Shown: in pieces, positions 8,918 to 18,818 of the stretch | Numbering within the stretch: position 1 is the stretch's first letter | How the letters are laid out: each line of letters opens with the position of its first letter | Source: a virus | Lineage: Duplodnaviria; Caudoviricetes | Virus record (IMG/VR): IMGVR_UViG_2875499822_000002 | Span: 24,252-88,251 of that record | Strand: one strand, 5' to 3' | Length of the DNA: 64,000 nt | Notes under the pieces: generated by a model | What the model was told of the DNA's origin: nothing | Seen by the model: only the letters and a program-made list of their open reading frames with translations | Database searches by the model: none | Program-made: the position numbers and the translations under genes

Positions 8918-11900
8918 GATGTTCCCTCCCGCAGCGTTTGCCGCGCGGCCTCGAAGTCAAAGTTGTTCACCTCATTGCACAACTGTTCAAAACAATCCTT
9001 GCCAAGAACACCCTGCAACGCAGCTGCGTGCTGCTGGACATAATCCGGGGCGACCCCGTCATTGGCCTCCAGCAGCTGCATCAGCGCTTTGGCATGCTGC
9101 GTATCGTCGATGCTCGATACTACCAGTGGAGCTACCTGTTCACTGCCCAAGGCTCGACGGATCGCCTGCACGGCCAGCGAAAGCGCCTCAATGACGTCAC
9201 TCACCAAGGCGTCCGACTCGGCGTACGCCTTGATTGCGGTCTCCAGCTTCCCAGCCATGATTTGCAGGCCACTGAAACCGAGGTTGCCTGCAACACCTTT
9301 TACGGCATGGGCTATGCGCTCGGCCGAGGCCCGGTCACCGGCCCGCAGCGCGTTCAGCAACGCCTGCCCTGCCAGCGCCTTGCGCTCGGCAAAATGCCCC
9401 AGCAGCTTGAGGTATAGATGGCGATTGCCCGCCACTCGCCTCAATCCGTCGGCGCTATCGAGCCCCGGGATGTCCGGCAGCCAATCCTCGCCTGAAGCGG
9501 CGCTGGTCGGCTGCGCTACGGCCGACCGAGGTACGACCCAGCGCAGCACCGTGGCGATCAACGCCTGCGGGTCCACGGGTTTGGTCACATGGTCGACCAT
9601 GCCCGCCTCGATGCAGCGCTCGCGATCCTCAACCCTGGCATGGGCGGTCATCGCAATCACCGGAAGCTTTGCCCAGTGCGGCTCGGCGCGAATACGCCGG
9701 GTGGTCTCGACACCATCCATCTGCGGCATCTGCACATCCATCAATACAGCGTCGTATTGCGCAGCGGCAAGCATGGACAGTGCCTCGCAGCCATTGCCCG
9801 CAACCTCTACCAGGGCACCGGCGGCCTCAAGCAGCTCCCTGGCGATCTGCTGGTTGATTTCATTGTCCTCTGCGACGAGCAGGCGCACCCCGGCAAGCAC
9901 CTGCGCCTGCGCAGTGGGTACGGCTGCCGCCACTACGCCTGTTTGCGGCACGAAGAGGTTGACCAGTATCTCAACCAGCGAGGATTGGTTGACCGGTTTA
10001 ACCAGAAACGCTCGAACGCCGGCTGCCTGCGCGGCGGCGCGCATTTCATCATGCCCGAATGCACTGACCATGACGGCGTGCAGTGCAGGACGCAGCGCAA
10101 GGGCCCGGCGCGTTGTTTCGATCCCATCCATCGCCGGCATATACCAGTCCACGAACAGCACAAGGAACGGGTCGTCTGCTGTGGCACTGTGCAGGCTTTC
10201 CAGGGCAGCCTCGCCGGACGCCACCGCGACCGGCGTAAGCCCCGCTACGCGCAGCATGTCGGAAAGGATCTGACGTGCGGCAGCATTGTCATCGACAACC
10301 AATGCACGCGCTCCGGCAAGCTCGGCAGGGACGATCTGGCGCTGCGCCTGCAGTTGCGGGCCAAGCCCAAGCCAGACGCTGAAAGAAAAGGTGCTGCCGT
10401 TACCCGGTTCAGAGTCCACCGTGATCGTTCCGCCCATCAGTTCGACGAGGCGCTTGGAGATGGCAAGGCCCAGACCAGTGCCGCCATATTGCCGGGTGGT
10501 CGAGCTATCGGCTTGGGCAAAGGCCTGAAAGAGTCGCCCGGCCTGCTCGGGCGTCATGCCAATGCCGGTATCGTGAACGTGAACCTGCAGTTGAATTTTG
10601 TCCCCGGTGCGGCCCAGGTTGCGGACCACCATCATCACCTGGCCATATTCGGTGAACTTCACCGCGTTGCCTACCAGGTTGAGGATGATTTGCCCCAGTC
10701 GCAGCGGATCCCCGAGCAGTGTGTCGGGCACGTCCGGCGCTCGGTCGAACAATAGTTCGAGCCCTTTGTCGTAGGCCTTTTGCGCAATCAACGAGGACAC
10801 GTTGTCGAGCACTGCATCGATCTGAAACGGTACTGTCTCGACGCTGAGCTTGCCGGCCTCGATCTTGGAGAAATCAAGGATGTCGTTGATGATGCCAAGC
10901 AGCGAAGTGCCCGCGTTGTGGATCTTCGAGACATAATCGCGCTGCCGGTGGTCCAGCGATGTCTGAAGCGCGAGGTAGGACATGCCGATGATCGCATTCA
11001 TGGGCGTGCGGATTTCGTGGCTCATGTTGGCCAGCAAATCGCTTTTTGCCCGCGTCGCCTCTTCAGCAATCTCCTTCGCCCGCTGCTGAGCCAGTTCCGC
11101 TGCCTTGCGTTCGGTGATGTCGTGAAGCCAAGCAAGCAGCCCTTGCTCACCCTGGATCTGAATAGGCAGGTAAGTGACCAGCATGGTGCGTTCGTACCCG
11201 TGCCGGTCGAGCATCTGCACTTCCTGGCCCTTGGCAATGCCATCGTCCGCGAGGCGCTCGACGATGGCCTGGCGATCCTGCCCGTTCACGTAGAGCTGCA
11301 GGGCAGCGTCACCGACACCCAGGCCGAACGTTTCACAGAAACGGGGATTGGCGAAGCGGATCACGCCCTGGATCGAGAAGGCTATGTTGATCGGACTGAT
11401 ATCGAGGATCGCCTGCAGCCGCATGCGTTCTTCACTGAGCGCCACCGCTGCCGCATGGTGTTCCGTGACATCACGCATCCAGCTGGCGATCAAGACCTCA
11501 CCGTGGATCGTCACGAATGATGCGCCCACCAGAACCCAGAGGATCGAGCCATCCTTGTGCAGCAGGCGGGTCTCGAAGTGTTCGACCTTGCCGTTGCGTG
11601 TCAGCAGTTCAAGGAAGCGTTCGCGCTCGTCAGGGTCAACATACAAGCTGGTGGTGTTGCGCCCGAGCAGGTCCTCAGCGACATAACCGGTCGCCTGCGA
11701 AAAGCGTTGGCTGACTTCCCTGACTGCGCCGTTCCGGTCTGCCAGTATCAGACTCGCTGGGCTGGTATCCATGAGCGCTCGGGTGAACGCCTCACGTTCG
11801 GCCAACTCCGCAGCAACGCGCTTGCGCTCGTCCACTTCCCGGTTCAGGCGTCGGTTCCACGCAAGCATGGCGCCAAGTAGCAGCAGGACCGCGATAACAC

Positions 11901-12819
11901 TAGGAATTGCCCAGCTCATAACTGCTTTGATATCGAGGCCGTCCTCGCTGAAGGATTCCTCAAACAGCCGATATTCCATCAGCGATACGTGATAGTACTG
12001 TCGCCAGCTCGCATCGAGTGGCGAATCGATACGATTGCTGGACTTGAAGAACCGCTCCAGCGCGCGCGCGAGATCCGCAGCGTTGCGCGCAACACCCCAG
12101 CCAACGCTGGTCGGTTCGCTGACCGGAAACGCAATGGAGAGACGCTCGGGGTCTTCGCGTGCCCAGCGCAGCGCACTTTCGCTACCCAGCACGGTGAAAT
12201 CCACCTTTGCATCGGCGACCAGTTTCACCGCCTGATCGGTTGTCGCATAGACCAGCTTCACCGGCTGACTGGAGAGAGGGCCGCGGTTGGCTTCATCGAT
12301 CCATTGCTCGTAGCCCGTGCCCTTCTGCACTGCCGCCGTCAGGCCACGCAGATCAGCCACCTCATTGCCCAGCGACTGTCTGGAGCGATGGACGATGACG
12401 AGATTGCGAACCTTGTAGTAAGGCACCAGCAGCATCTTCGTTTCGCGCCAGGGTACGATCTGCAGGTCATTTGGATAGAGATCACAACTGCCGTCGGCAA
12501 GTAGCTTCGGGTCGTAGCTTGCGTCGCGTACGGTTTCACCCCGAGCGTTATGAAACTGCGCATCGAAGCTCGGCAGCTCCGTTACCTGTGGGCGCACCGC
12601 GAGTGACCGGGCAAACGCCTCGGCATTGGTCCGATAAAAGGAAGCACTCGAGCCAGCGACGCATATGCGCAGGACGCCGCTTTCCCGAACCTGGGCCAAC
12701 GTACGCGCTTCCACACATGGAATGGCCAGCGCCAACAAGTTCACCAGCGCAAGCCATATCCTCCAGCGCGCCTTCATGCTCAAAAAGCAACTGCTGGTAG
12801 GTAAATGATCACGAGGCAC
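8914..12819 (-). CDS. Hybrid sensor histidine kinase (periplasmic solute-binding domain, PAS x2, HisKA, HATPase, REC x2, Hpt)
   Basis: SHEIRTP, NAVKFT, DTGIG and GTGLGL motifs, two receivers, HAVKG Hpt; start may be ATG 12777. Confidence 0.92.
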   Translation of the reverse strand: MPRDHLPTSSCFLSMKARWRIWLALVNLLALAIPCVEARTLAQVRESGVLRICVAGSSASFYRTNAEAFARSLAVRPQVTELPSFDAQFHNARGETVRDASYDPKLLADGSCDLYPNDLQIVPWRETKMLLVPYYKVRNLVIVHRSRQSLGNEVADLRGLTAAVQKGTGYEQWIDEANRGPLSSQPVKLVYATTDQAVKLVADAKVDFTVLGSESALRWAREDPERLSIAFPVSEPTSVGWGVARNAADLARALERFFKSSNRIDSPLDASWRQYYHVSLMEYRLFEESFSEDGLDIKAVMSWAIPSVIAVLLLLGAMLAWNRRLNREVDERKRVAAELAEREAFTRALMDTSPASLILADRNGAVREVSQRFSQATGYVAEDLLGRNTTSLYVDPDERERFLELLTRNGKVEHFETRLLHKDGSILWVLVGASFVTIHGEVLIASWMRDVTEHHAAAVALSEERMRLQAILDISPINIAFSIQGVIRFANPRFCETFGLGVGDAALQLYVNGQDRQAIVERLADDGIAKGQEVQMLDRHGYERTMLVTYLPIQIQGEQGLLAWLHDITERKAAELAQQRAKEIAEEATRAKSDLLANMSHEIRTPMNAIIGMSYLALQTSLDHRQRDYVSKIHNAGTSLLGIINDILDFSKIEAGKLSVETVPFQIDAVLDNVSSLIAQKAYDKGLELLFDRAPDVPDTLLGDPLRLGQIILNLVGNAVKFTEYGQVMMVVRNLGRTGDKIQLQVHVHDTGIGMTPEQAGRLFQAFAQADSSTTRQYGGTGLGLAISKRLVELMGGTITVDSEPGNGSTFSFSVWLGLGPQLQAQRQIVPAELAGARALVVDDNAAARQILSDMLRVAGLTPVAVASGEAALESLHSATADDPFLVLFVDWYMPAMDGIETTRRALALRPALHAVMVSAFGHDEMRAAAQAAGVRAFLVKPVNQSSLVEILVNLFVPQTGVVAAAVPTAQAQVLAGVRLLVAEDNEINQQIARELLEAAGALVEVAGNGCEALSMLAAAQYDAVLMDVQMPQMDGVETTRRIRAEPHWAKLPVIAMTAHARVEDRERCIEAGMVDHVTKPVDPQALIATVLRWVVPRSAVAQPTSAASGEDWLPDIPGLDSADGLRRVAGNRHLYLKLLGHFAERKALAGQALLNALRAGDRASAERIAHAVKGVAGNLGFSGLQIMAGKLETAIKAYAESDALVSDVIEALSLAVQAIRRALGSEQVAPLVVSSIDDTQHAKALMQLLEANDGVAPDYVQQHAAALQGVLGKDCFEQLCNEVNNFDFEAARQTLREGTS

Positions 12820-13031
12820 ACGACTTATCCCTTCTGAAGGTCCTTTTCACGCGTTCTTTGCCGGCCGGCACTTAATTATCAGCGAGGCCCGTCCAGACAG
12901 ACTTTCGCAGTGTAGGCAGCCCGGAAAGCAAGCGCCAGCGCCTAAACTGGCCAGCCGTAGCGAACCGGTATATCTAAAGGTTGTCATGGATAAAGCGAGT
13001 GAGCGTGGTTCCCCGTACGGCTTTCGCCAAT

Positions 13032-13089
13032 GTCCGCAATGGGTCGAAAGCAGCCGGTCGCGGGCGACCGCAATCACCCCAAAGCGGAT
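13032..13089. repeat. Two 24-bp quasi-palindromic sites in inverted orientation at the right border of the cargo
   Basis: GTCCGCAATGGGTCGAAAGCAGCC at 13032-13055 and GACCGCAATCACCCCAAAGCGGAT at 13066-13089. Confidence 0.55.
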
Positions 13090-13137
13090 GCCTACCACGA
13101 GTAAGCGCTGATAAAGGTAGCACCCGTACCCACCCGC

Positions 13138-14259
13138 CTACTCAGCCCGGGCGCCGAGTTTAACCGGTGCCTGAATGATCTGATCCAGCCACTTCCAGCC
13201 CTTATACCCATCTCCTCGTCCACGCAAATGGGTATACCGCCGCAGCGAGTTCCAATCGCGGTGCCCGGATACACTTGAAACCCTCGGTATATCCCAGTCC
13301 ATTTCAAACAGTCGACTCACCCCTTCGTGACGCAAGTCATGAAAATGCAGATCCTTGATCCCTTTCATCTTGCACGCCTTGGACCAGGCGGTACCGATTG
13401 AATCAGTGTTGTATGGGAATATCTCGCGACACTCTTGGGGCATGCTCTGCACAATGATCCACGCCTCATCCGGCAAGTAACACCAGACATCGTTGCCGAT
13501 CTTCTGACCGGGGTTCTTCATGTCCCGCACCTTCACAGCCTGCCGGTGCTCATCCAGGTCTTCCCATCGGATGCGGGTGATCTCGTCCATTCTGCGGGTC
13601 GAGAAGATCGCGAACGCCACCACCTTGGGCATATGGATGACGCTTGGCCGCCGCTGCAACATCTCGAAGAAGTGTTCGAGCACCTTATCGATCTCATCCA
13701 GCGTAGGGCGCCGATCCCGCTCTCGGCTCTTCAGGTTGTAGCCGAACTTCTTCAGCACGAGGCGCGCATCTGGCATTGCTTGCGCGTCAATCTCATATCC
13801 CCACGCCGCCCTGGCCAGGGACAGCACCGACCCCAGGTGCGCCAGGTCATTGCCGGCCGTCTGCGGTTTAATGCCTCCACCTTCAGGGCTCATGCGCCAC
13901 AGCGCGTAGTCCACCAGCACCTGCTGGGTGAGGTCGGAATCCACCTTCTCACCCAGGTAGCTGTTCTTGATGGCATTCAACGTGCGCCGCTTCGTCTCAC
14001 CCAGCGGCCCGGCTTTCTCGGCCTCGACCAGGTAGCGGTCGATCATCTGCTTGACCGTGTGCCCTACCCGGCTCGCCCGCTCGATTGCACCAGGCTCTGC
14101 CAACTCGGTTTCTCGTCGCTTCGCCCAGGCCACTGCGGCCTGTTTGCGGGCGAACGTCTGGCTCTCTTGGTAGACTGTCACCTTGTCGCGGTTGATGCGG
14201 ATCTGAGCTGTGTAGCTGATGGTGCCGTCGGCCTTCTTGCGGGGTCTGATGGTTGCCAT
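13138..14259 (-). CDS. int: Tyrosine integrase, dusA-associated type
   Basis: Catalytic R (STRR), K (MKNP), HDLRH, SGH and RRY motifs; divergent from the dusA 5' end. Confidence 0.92.
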   Translation of the reverse strand: MATIRPRKKADGTISYTAQIRINRDKVTVYQESQTFARKQAAVAWAKRRETELAEPGAIERASRVGHTVKQMIDRYLVEAEKAGPLGETKRRTLNAIKNSYLGEKVDSDLTQQVLVDYALWRMSPEGGGIKPQTAGNDLAHLGSVLSLARAAWGYEIDAQAMPDARLVLKKFGYNLKSRERDRRPTLDEIDKVLEHFFEMLQRRPSVIHMPKVVAFAIFSTRRMDEITRIRWEDLDEHRQAVKVRDMKNPGQKIGNDVWCYLPDEAWIIVQSMPQECREIFPYNTDSIGTAWSKACKMKGIKDLHFHDLRHEGVSRLFEMDWDIPRVSSVSGHRDWNSLRRYTHLRGRGDGYKGWKWLDQIIQAPVKLGARAE

Positions 14260-14264
14260 GAGAA

Positions 14265-14345
14265 TTGGTACACGTCCTGATTCGATTGGTACATTGTACC
14301 AAGCGCTTGGTAAAAACGCCCCAAAACCCCCGAAATTCGGTACAA
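14265..14345. repeat. Putative integrase arm-type sites
   Basis: TTGGTACA at 14265 and 14286, inverted copy TGTACCAA at 14295, variant at 14338. Confidence 0.55.
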
Positions 14346-14387
14346 AACACGTTGAACGAAATCACTGCAAAACCCGGCTCAAAGCCA

Positions 14388-14450
14388 ATGACCACGCGCC
14401 CTGAGCCGTCCCGCCGCTTCAGCATTGCACCGATGATGGATTGGACGTAA
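14388..14450 (+). pseudogene. dusA: 5' fragment of dusA (tRNA-dihydrouridine synthase A) ending at an att junction
   Basis: MTTRPEPSRRFSIAPMMDWT then TAA; APMMDWT is the conserved DusA N-terminal motif; start could be TTG 14352. Confidence 0.85.
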
Positions 14451-14698
14451 AAACCCCGTATTTACTGGCCAAAACACTGATTCGTGTGCAATCCGTGTGC
14501 AGCATTCTATCCGCCTGCCATACACTCTCGCCCTACCTCCTACCCTCGTTGGACTGACAAAACTGGACAGACGAAGGCTCGCAACCTACCGCCAATCCTC
14601 GGCACTACCGACTGGCACTACCCATTCATCTCCAGCCGAGCAGGCCTCTGACCCTGGCCATCACCTTGATATGAGATAAGCTGACTCCACCGTGAATC

Positions 14699-16579
14699 GT
14701 GGAGGATGTGAACGTGGCTGAGCAGGATCAGATGGAAAAAAAACCCGTGATGGACGTTGCGACCTTTGAGGACTTTGAGCACATCAGTCTTTCGTCAATC
14801 CTTACCATGACGAACACCCTCCACTTCCATACATTGCAGGAAGTATTCCAAAAGTCGGCTCAAGTTGCCAAAGAGTCGGGAGATGTAGCAGCCGAACGCG
14901 CCTACAGCGTCCTTGCTGTGATATGCAGTTACCACTTTAATCCAAACAGAACTGACGCATTTAGCCCTCAAATGATCATGGATGGTCGGAGGTCACTAAT
15001 ACCGAGTGACTTCATAGGTGAACAGCAGGACGCTTTAACGCAAGTCACAGAGCATATCGATCATCCACTTCTTCGTGCACGGATCGCGGACAGTTGCTGG
15101 TACACGAACAGAAAGCTTCACAAAATGGCTGAGATCGCATCTACCTCATACCTCGACGCCGTGAATCTATTCTTCACTGGAGGTTTGCTGTATCAGTACG
15201 AGTCAGACTTTGAAGTCCCATCAAAGGTTGTTGACCTGATTGAACGAGCATTTTCAATATATGCTTCAACAGGAAAAAGAAAAGCGATCCCAGACTACGC
15301 AAAAGAAACTTTCACCAAGGCTTACGAGACCGCAAAATATAAATTAAATTTAATTGCATTCCACAGACTCTCCTCCCTCGGACAGAACTACGGCTTACTT
15401 GAATGGGGCGTGATAGCGAAGACCGCAGAGCTGATGGCGCTTGCCACCAAAGATAAACAGTATGCAGAAGCAGTGAAAAAAGTCTGGCTCCACGCTGCTT
15501 ATGCATATTCCAAGGTGGGTGAAAAAGAAGCATCGACCAAATGTAAGATAAGCGCTGTCGACCAGACACTAAGAATGAGAGATGCAATCGGCTCAAACAT
15601 GGCCAAAGCGTCATGGACAAGAGATGCGATTGGTGAGCTCAGGTCAATTGGGGGAATGAGCGATAGAATCAATGAGTTAAAGCTTGAGCTTCAGCAATTC
15701 GAAGAGGACTCTCTATCTGAACTGGGTGAGTTCAGCATACCTGTAGACTTAACCGACGCACGACAGGCTACAATTGATGACTTCGAGGGACTGGAAGTTC
15801 ACGAAATGCTATATCGCCTTGCGTTTGCGTCAAGACCTCCCGAGAAGATAGCCTTACATAAAAATAGCCTTCGAAAGAAAAGCAAATACTTCCTTTCTTC
15901 AAGCATGGGAAAAAGTTATTCAGACCAGCAAGGAAAAATGATTGCTCAATCTCCATCAGCTGGTTTCGGAGATAAACCTTCCGAAGAATGGTTCGATCAT
16001 GAAGCCCTTACAGAAGTTGGATTCCACTATCATGTAGAAACCGAGGCCTTCATCAAGCCCGCTTGCATTACCATGACTGAGTACGAGTGCATTGATGAAA
16101 GACATTTGGAGCCACTCGTTTACCACAGTGCTTTCGTACCACCGGGGCACGAGGCAATTTTTGCACTGGGTTTCGCACGAATGATTCAAGGAGACATGGT
16201 TTCCGCTGTTCATGCACTCATTCCGCAACTGGAAAACTCTCTTCGATACGTACTCATCAACCGAGGTGCTAGAACTGCAAAGCTCAATGTAGATCTTACT
16301 CAGGAAGATCAGTCTCTCAGCCAAATGTATTCGAATCGCAAAGATGAGTTAGAGCAAGCGTTCGGCAAGGACATAACTTATATGTTCCATTTACTCTTCA
16401 ACCTAAAGGGCGGGCCTATGCTGAGACACGAAATGGCTCACGGAAAGCTCACTGCTAGCAGCTGCTACAGTGCCCCGTGTATTTACGCATGCTGGCTAAT
16501 GTTCCATGTCACTTGCAGCCCTCTTGTAAGACTCTGGAAAACTCACATTGAGCCAGCAATTCAAGAAGTAGTTCATTAG
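14699..16579 (+). CDS. DUF4209-like protein with C-terminal HEPN-type motif
   Basis: LIPQLENSLR...LRHEMAHG (RxxxxH); AT-richer than element A. Confidence 0.7.
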   Translation: MEDVNVAEQDQMEKKPVMDVATFEDFEHISLSSILTMTNTLHFHTLQEVFQKSAQVAKESGDVAAERAYSVLAVICSYHFNPNRTDAFSPQMIMDGRRSLIPSDFIGEQQDALTQVTEHIDHPLLRARIADSCWYTNRKLHKMAEIASTSYLDAVNLFFTGGLLYQYESDFEVPSKVVDLIERAFSIYASTGKRKAIPDYAKETFTKAYETAKYKLNLIAFHRLSSLGQNYGLLEWGVIAKTAELMALATKDKQYAEAVKKVWLHAAYAYSKVGEKEASTKCKISAVDQTLRMRDAIGSNMAKASWTRDAIGELRSIGGMSDRINELKLELQQFEEDSLSELGEFSIPVDLTDARQATIDDFEGLEVHEMLYRLAFASRPPEKIALHKNSLRKKSKYFLSSSMGKSYSDQQGKMIAQSPSAGFGDKPSEEWFDHEALTEVGFHYHVETEAFIKPACITMTEYECIDERHLEPLVYHSAFVPPGHEAIFALGFARMIQGDMVSAVHALIPQLENSLRYVLINRGARTAKLNVDLTQEDQSLSQMYSNRKDELEQAFGKDITYMFHLLFNLKGGPMLRHEMAHGKLTASSCYSAPCIYACWLMFHVTCSPLVRLWKTHIEPAIQEVVH

Positions 16580-16598
16580 AGCCCAACAGACCCCACCA

Positions 16599-16734
16599 GC
16601 GAGTTCGCAGTCACACTCTGTGAATTAACTCTCATCAATAGCGAATTCACACCATCACACTGCGAATTCGCTATAGCCACTTGCAAAATCGCACTCCCCT
16701 ATTGCGATTTCGCATTCACACTTTGCGAAAGTCA
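16599..16734. repeat. Seven-copy array of a palindromic decamer (consensus GCGAATTCGC) at exact 21-bp period
   Basis: Copies start at 16599, 16620, 16641, 16662, 16683, 16704 and 16725. Confidence 0.85.
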
Positions 16735-16813
16735 GGTTATACACTCAACTTTCTATAATTTATTGTTGAAACATCAAAAGCTCCAGTTGCACAATAAATC
16801 TAGAGCTTCTTTT

Positions 16814-16853
16814 TAGCCAGTTGTGTCTATGTCAGACAATAGACGACTAGCTA
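16814..16853. promoter_or_regulatory. Candidate oriT: imperfect inverted repeat upstream of mobC
   Basis: TAGCCAGTTGTGTCTATGTC-A-GACAATAGACGACTAGCTA; minus strand reads ACTGGCTAA, resembling ColE1-type nic ACTGG^CTTA. Confidence 0.45.
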
Positions 16854-16916
16854 CTCACATCCCTCCGGGTGTTGCGTTAAATGGGCTCGATAACAATAAA
16901 AATAAAGGTGGGTCAG

Positions 16917-17210
16917 ATGAAAGATGAGATCAAGCAAAACAAAGATTCAAGGATCACGATAAGACTAACTAAGTCTGAGCTCGAAACGCTTGAAGCAAAG
17001 ATGTCCCAGGCCGGCTACAAAGCTGCTGGTGCATTCATTCGAGACTTCGTAGTCAGCAATAGCGTCAAGCCGAAAATCAGCGGAGATGTCGTTCAGATCG
17101 CACGAGAGCTGATGAACTTGGCATCTATGATTAACGCCGAATACCCTGGTGATGTACTCCTGGAAAAAGTTAAGCGTATCGCTCAAATCAATGCTGGGGG
17201 TGCCCTATGA
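16917..17210 (+). CDS. mobC: MobC/NikA-like relaxosome accessory (ribbon-helix-helix) protein
   Basis: RITIRLTKSE..LE.K...AG....FIR motif; ATGA overlap with the relaxase. Confidence 0.85.
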   Translation: MKDEIKQNKDSRITIRLTKSELETLEAKMSQAGYKAAGAFIRDFVVSNSVKPKISGDVVQIARELMNLASMINAEYPGDVLLEKVKRIAQINAGGAL

Positions 17211-18361
17211 TTGGCAAAATCTTCCCCAAGTCAGCAGGCTCTTTTAAGGGGCGCATCCGCTACATTTTTGGTTGCACTAAGCATGACCATGAGATCACGG
17301 GTATCAGGACTATTGACTCTAACTGCCTAAGTTCAGACCCGCTCCCTGGCATCCTTGCAGGCGATGAAACTGGTGTACAGGAAATGATCCGGGAGTTCGA
17401 CAGTGTCGAAGCTATGAGACGCATGTCTATCGACTCAGACAAGCCAATTAAGCCCGTTTTCCACGCGATGCTTTCCCTGCGCCCCGGCGAGTCCCTCACG
17501 ACGTCCCAGTGGCGCAAAGCAGTCCAGACGTACATGAACGACCTGGGCTTCGACGAGACCAACCAATTCGTCGCTGTCATGCATCAAGACAAAGATCATC
17601 AACACGTCCACATCGTCGCCAACAGGATTCGCCTCAATGACGAGTTCTCAATGGTAAAGGACAGCAACGAGCGAAGCGTCAGCCTGGACTCCGTCTCCCG
17701 GATCGAAGACCGCTTCGGCCTCACCAAAGCTCCGAAGCCCAAAGACACCTGGGGAGTCTCAATCAGCCACGCAGAGCTCCAAGCATCAATCCGCGACAAC
17801 GACCTACCTTTGAAGCACAAGATGATTGCGAAGATCGCCGGAGCAATCGAGTCCACCAACGCCGTCCAGGGCGACATGTTCGACTTCGTCCGAGGGCTCA
17901 GGAGGCAAAAAGTCTACATCCACCTCACGCTCAACGAAGATGGCCAACCCAAGGGCATCAGCTATGAGTTTGACGGCAAACATATATCCGGTAGGCAACT
18001 CAAGCGCTCAAGACTCACATGGCACAAACTAACCACACAGGAAGGAATAAAGTATGACCCCGAAACCATTCACGAGCTTCAGAGAGAAATTGCGAGAAGA
18101 GATAGCGAAGAACAAGAAAGAGCTAGACTCTACTACTTTGAGTTCATCCCGCTCTCAGCTCGGAGAAGGAAACCCATCTACATCAAGTTCACAGCAAGAG
18201 ACTACCAAGTACAAAAGTTGATTAAGCAAATATTGGAAATCATCGAAGCTCTATTTGACACGCTCTTCAAGCCCCAAGAGTGCCGGCTCAAGCGCAGCTA
18301 CATTGAGTACAGCCCTGGCACTCCACTAAGCATCCCAGATGAAGAGGAGCTTACTCTTTGA
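17207..18361 (+). CDS. Relaxase, MOB_P/VirD2-like
   Basis: Motif I Tyr (SFKGRIRY), motif II PVFHAMLSLRPGE, motif III HQDKDHQHVHIVANRI. Confidence 0.92.
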   Translation: MIGKIFPKSAGSFKGRIRYIFGCTKHDHEITGIRTIDSNCLSSDPLPGILAGDETGVQEMIREFDSVEAMRRMSIDSDKPIKPVFHAMLSLRPGESLTTSQWRKAVQTYMNDLGFDETNQFVAVMHQDKDHQHVHIVANRIRLNDEFSMVKDSNERSVSLDSVSRIEDRFGLTKAPKPKDTWGVSISHAELQASIRDNDLPLKHKMIAKIAGAIESTNAVQGDMFDFVRGLRRQKVYIHLTLNEDGQPKGISYEFDGKHISGRQLKRSRLTWHKLTTQEGIKYDPETIHELQREIARRDSEEQERARLYYFEFIPLSARRRKPIYIKFTARDYQVQKLIKQILEIIEALFDTLFKPQECRLKRSYIEYSPGTPLSIPDEEELTL

Positions 18362-18818
18362 GATACTGCTTGTAATAGCTCATCAGCAAACGGGCGTCGA
18401 GCAACGCATGATGCGGAAGCTCCGGCGCTTCTTCGCCCTCTACACCTTTCTCATTGAAAAGATCAATAAGGTTTATTGGTGTATTTGCAACGTTGCTTGG
18501 CCACTTGCCTTGATGATAAACAACGGAGCAAAAGAACTCCCAATCCCAAGCGGGAGCGTCCGACATGATCTCTACGCTGTCAAATTTAGCAAGAAAGCTC
18601 CAGAGCTTGTTCCTAGCAGACTCTGTGGAAATTAGGGCTGAACCACCATTTAACTGTGGCAACACATTATGAACAACAAACTCGCTGCAATCATCGAGAA
18701 TGTAATTATCATTAAGCTCAAAGTAGAGCTCTTGCCCATCCTCCGCTACGAGCGCCATTGAGATGAGCTTAGAACTCGCATTTAGCTGTGTGAATTCACA
18801 ATCCACAACGATTTTCAT
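18351..18818 (-). CDS. DEDDh 3'-5' exo(ribo)nuclease (Rv2179c-like)
   Basis: VDCEFT, AWDW and HHALLDA motifs. Confidence 0.8.
   Translation of the reverse strand: MKIVVDCEFTQLNASSKLISMALVAEDGQELYFELNDNYILDDCSEFVVHNVLPQLNGGSALISTESARNKLWSFLAKFDSVEIMSDAPAWDWEFFCSVVYHQGKWPSNVANTPINLIDLFNEKGVEGEEAPELPHHALLDARLLMSYYKQYLKE

Larger units (their letters stand above)
1..14447. mobile_element. Element A: dusA-integrated temperate prophage, right-hand part (left end outside window)
   Basis: Primase-helicase, cII/cro/cI switch, PrtN-like genes and a tyrosine integrase divergent from a dusA 5' fragment. Confidence 0.85.

Noticed and set aside
8938-12504. Long plus-strand ORFs opposite the sensor kinase
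   Set aside because: Antisense shadows of a well-supported gene.
16599-16734. CRISPR array
   Set aside because: Repeats are 10 bp and degenerate with 11-bp spacers, far below CRISPR dimensions, and no cas genes are recognisable.
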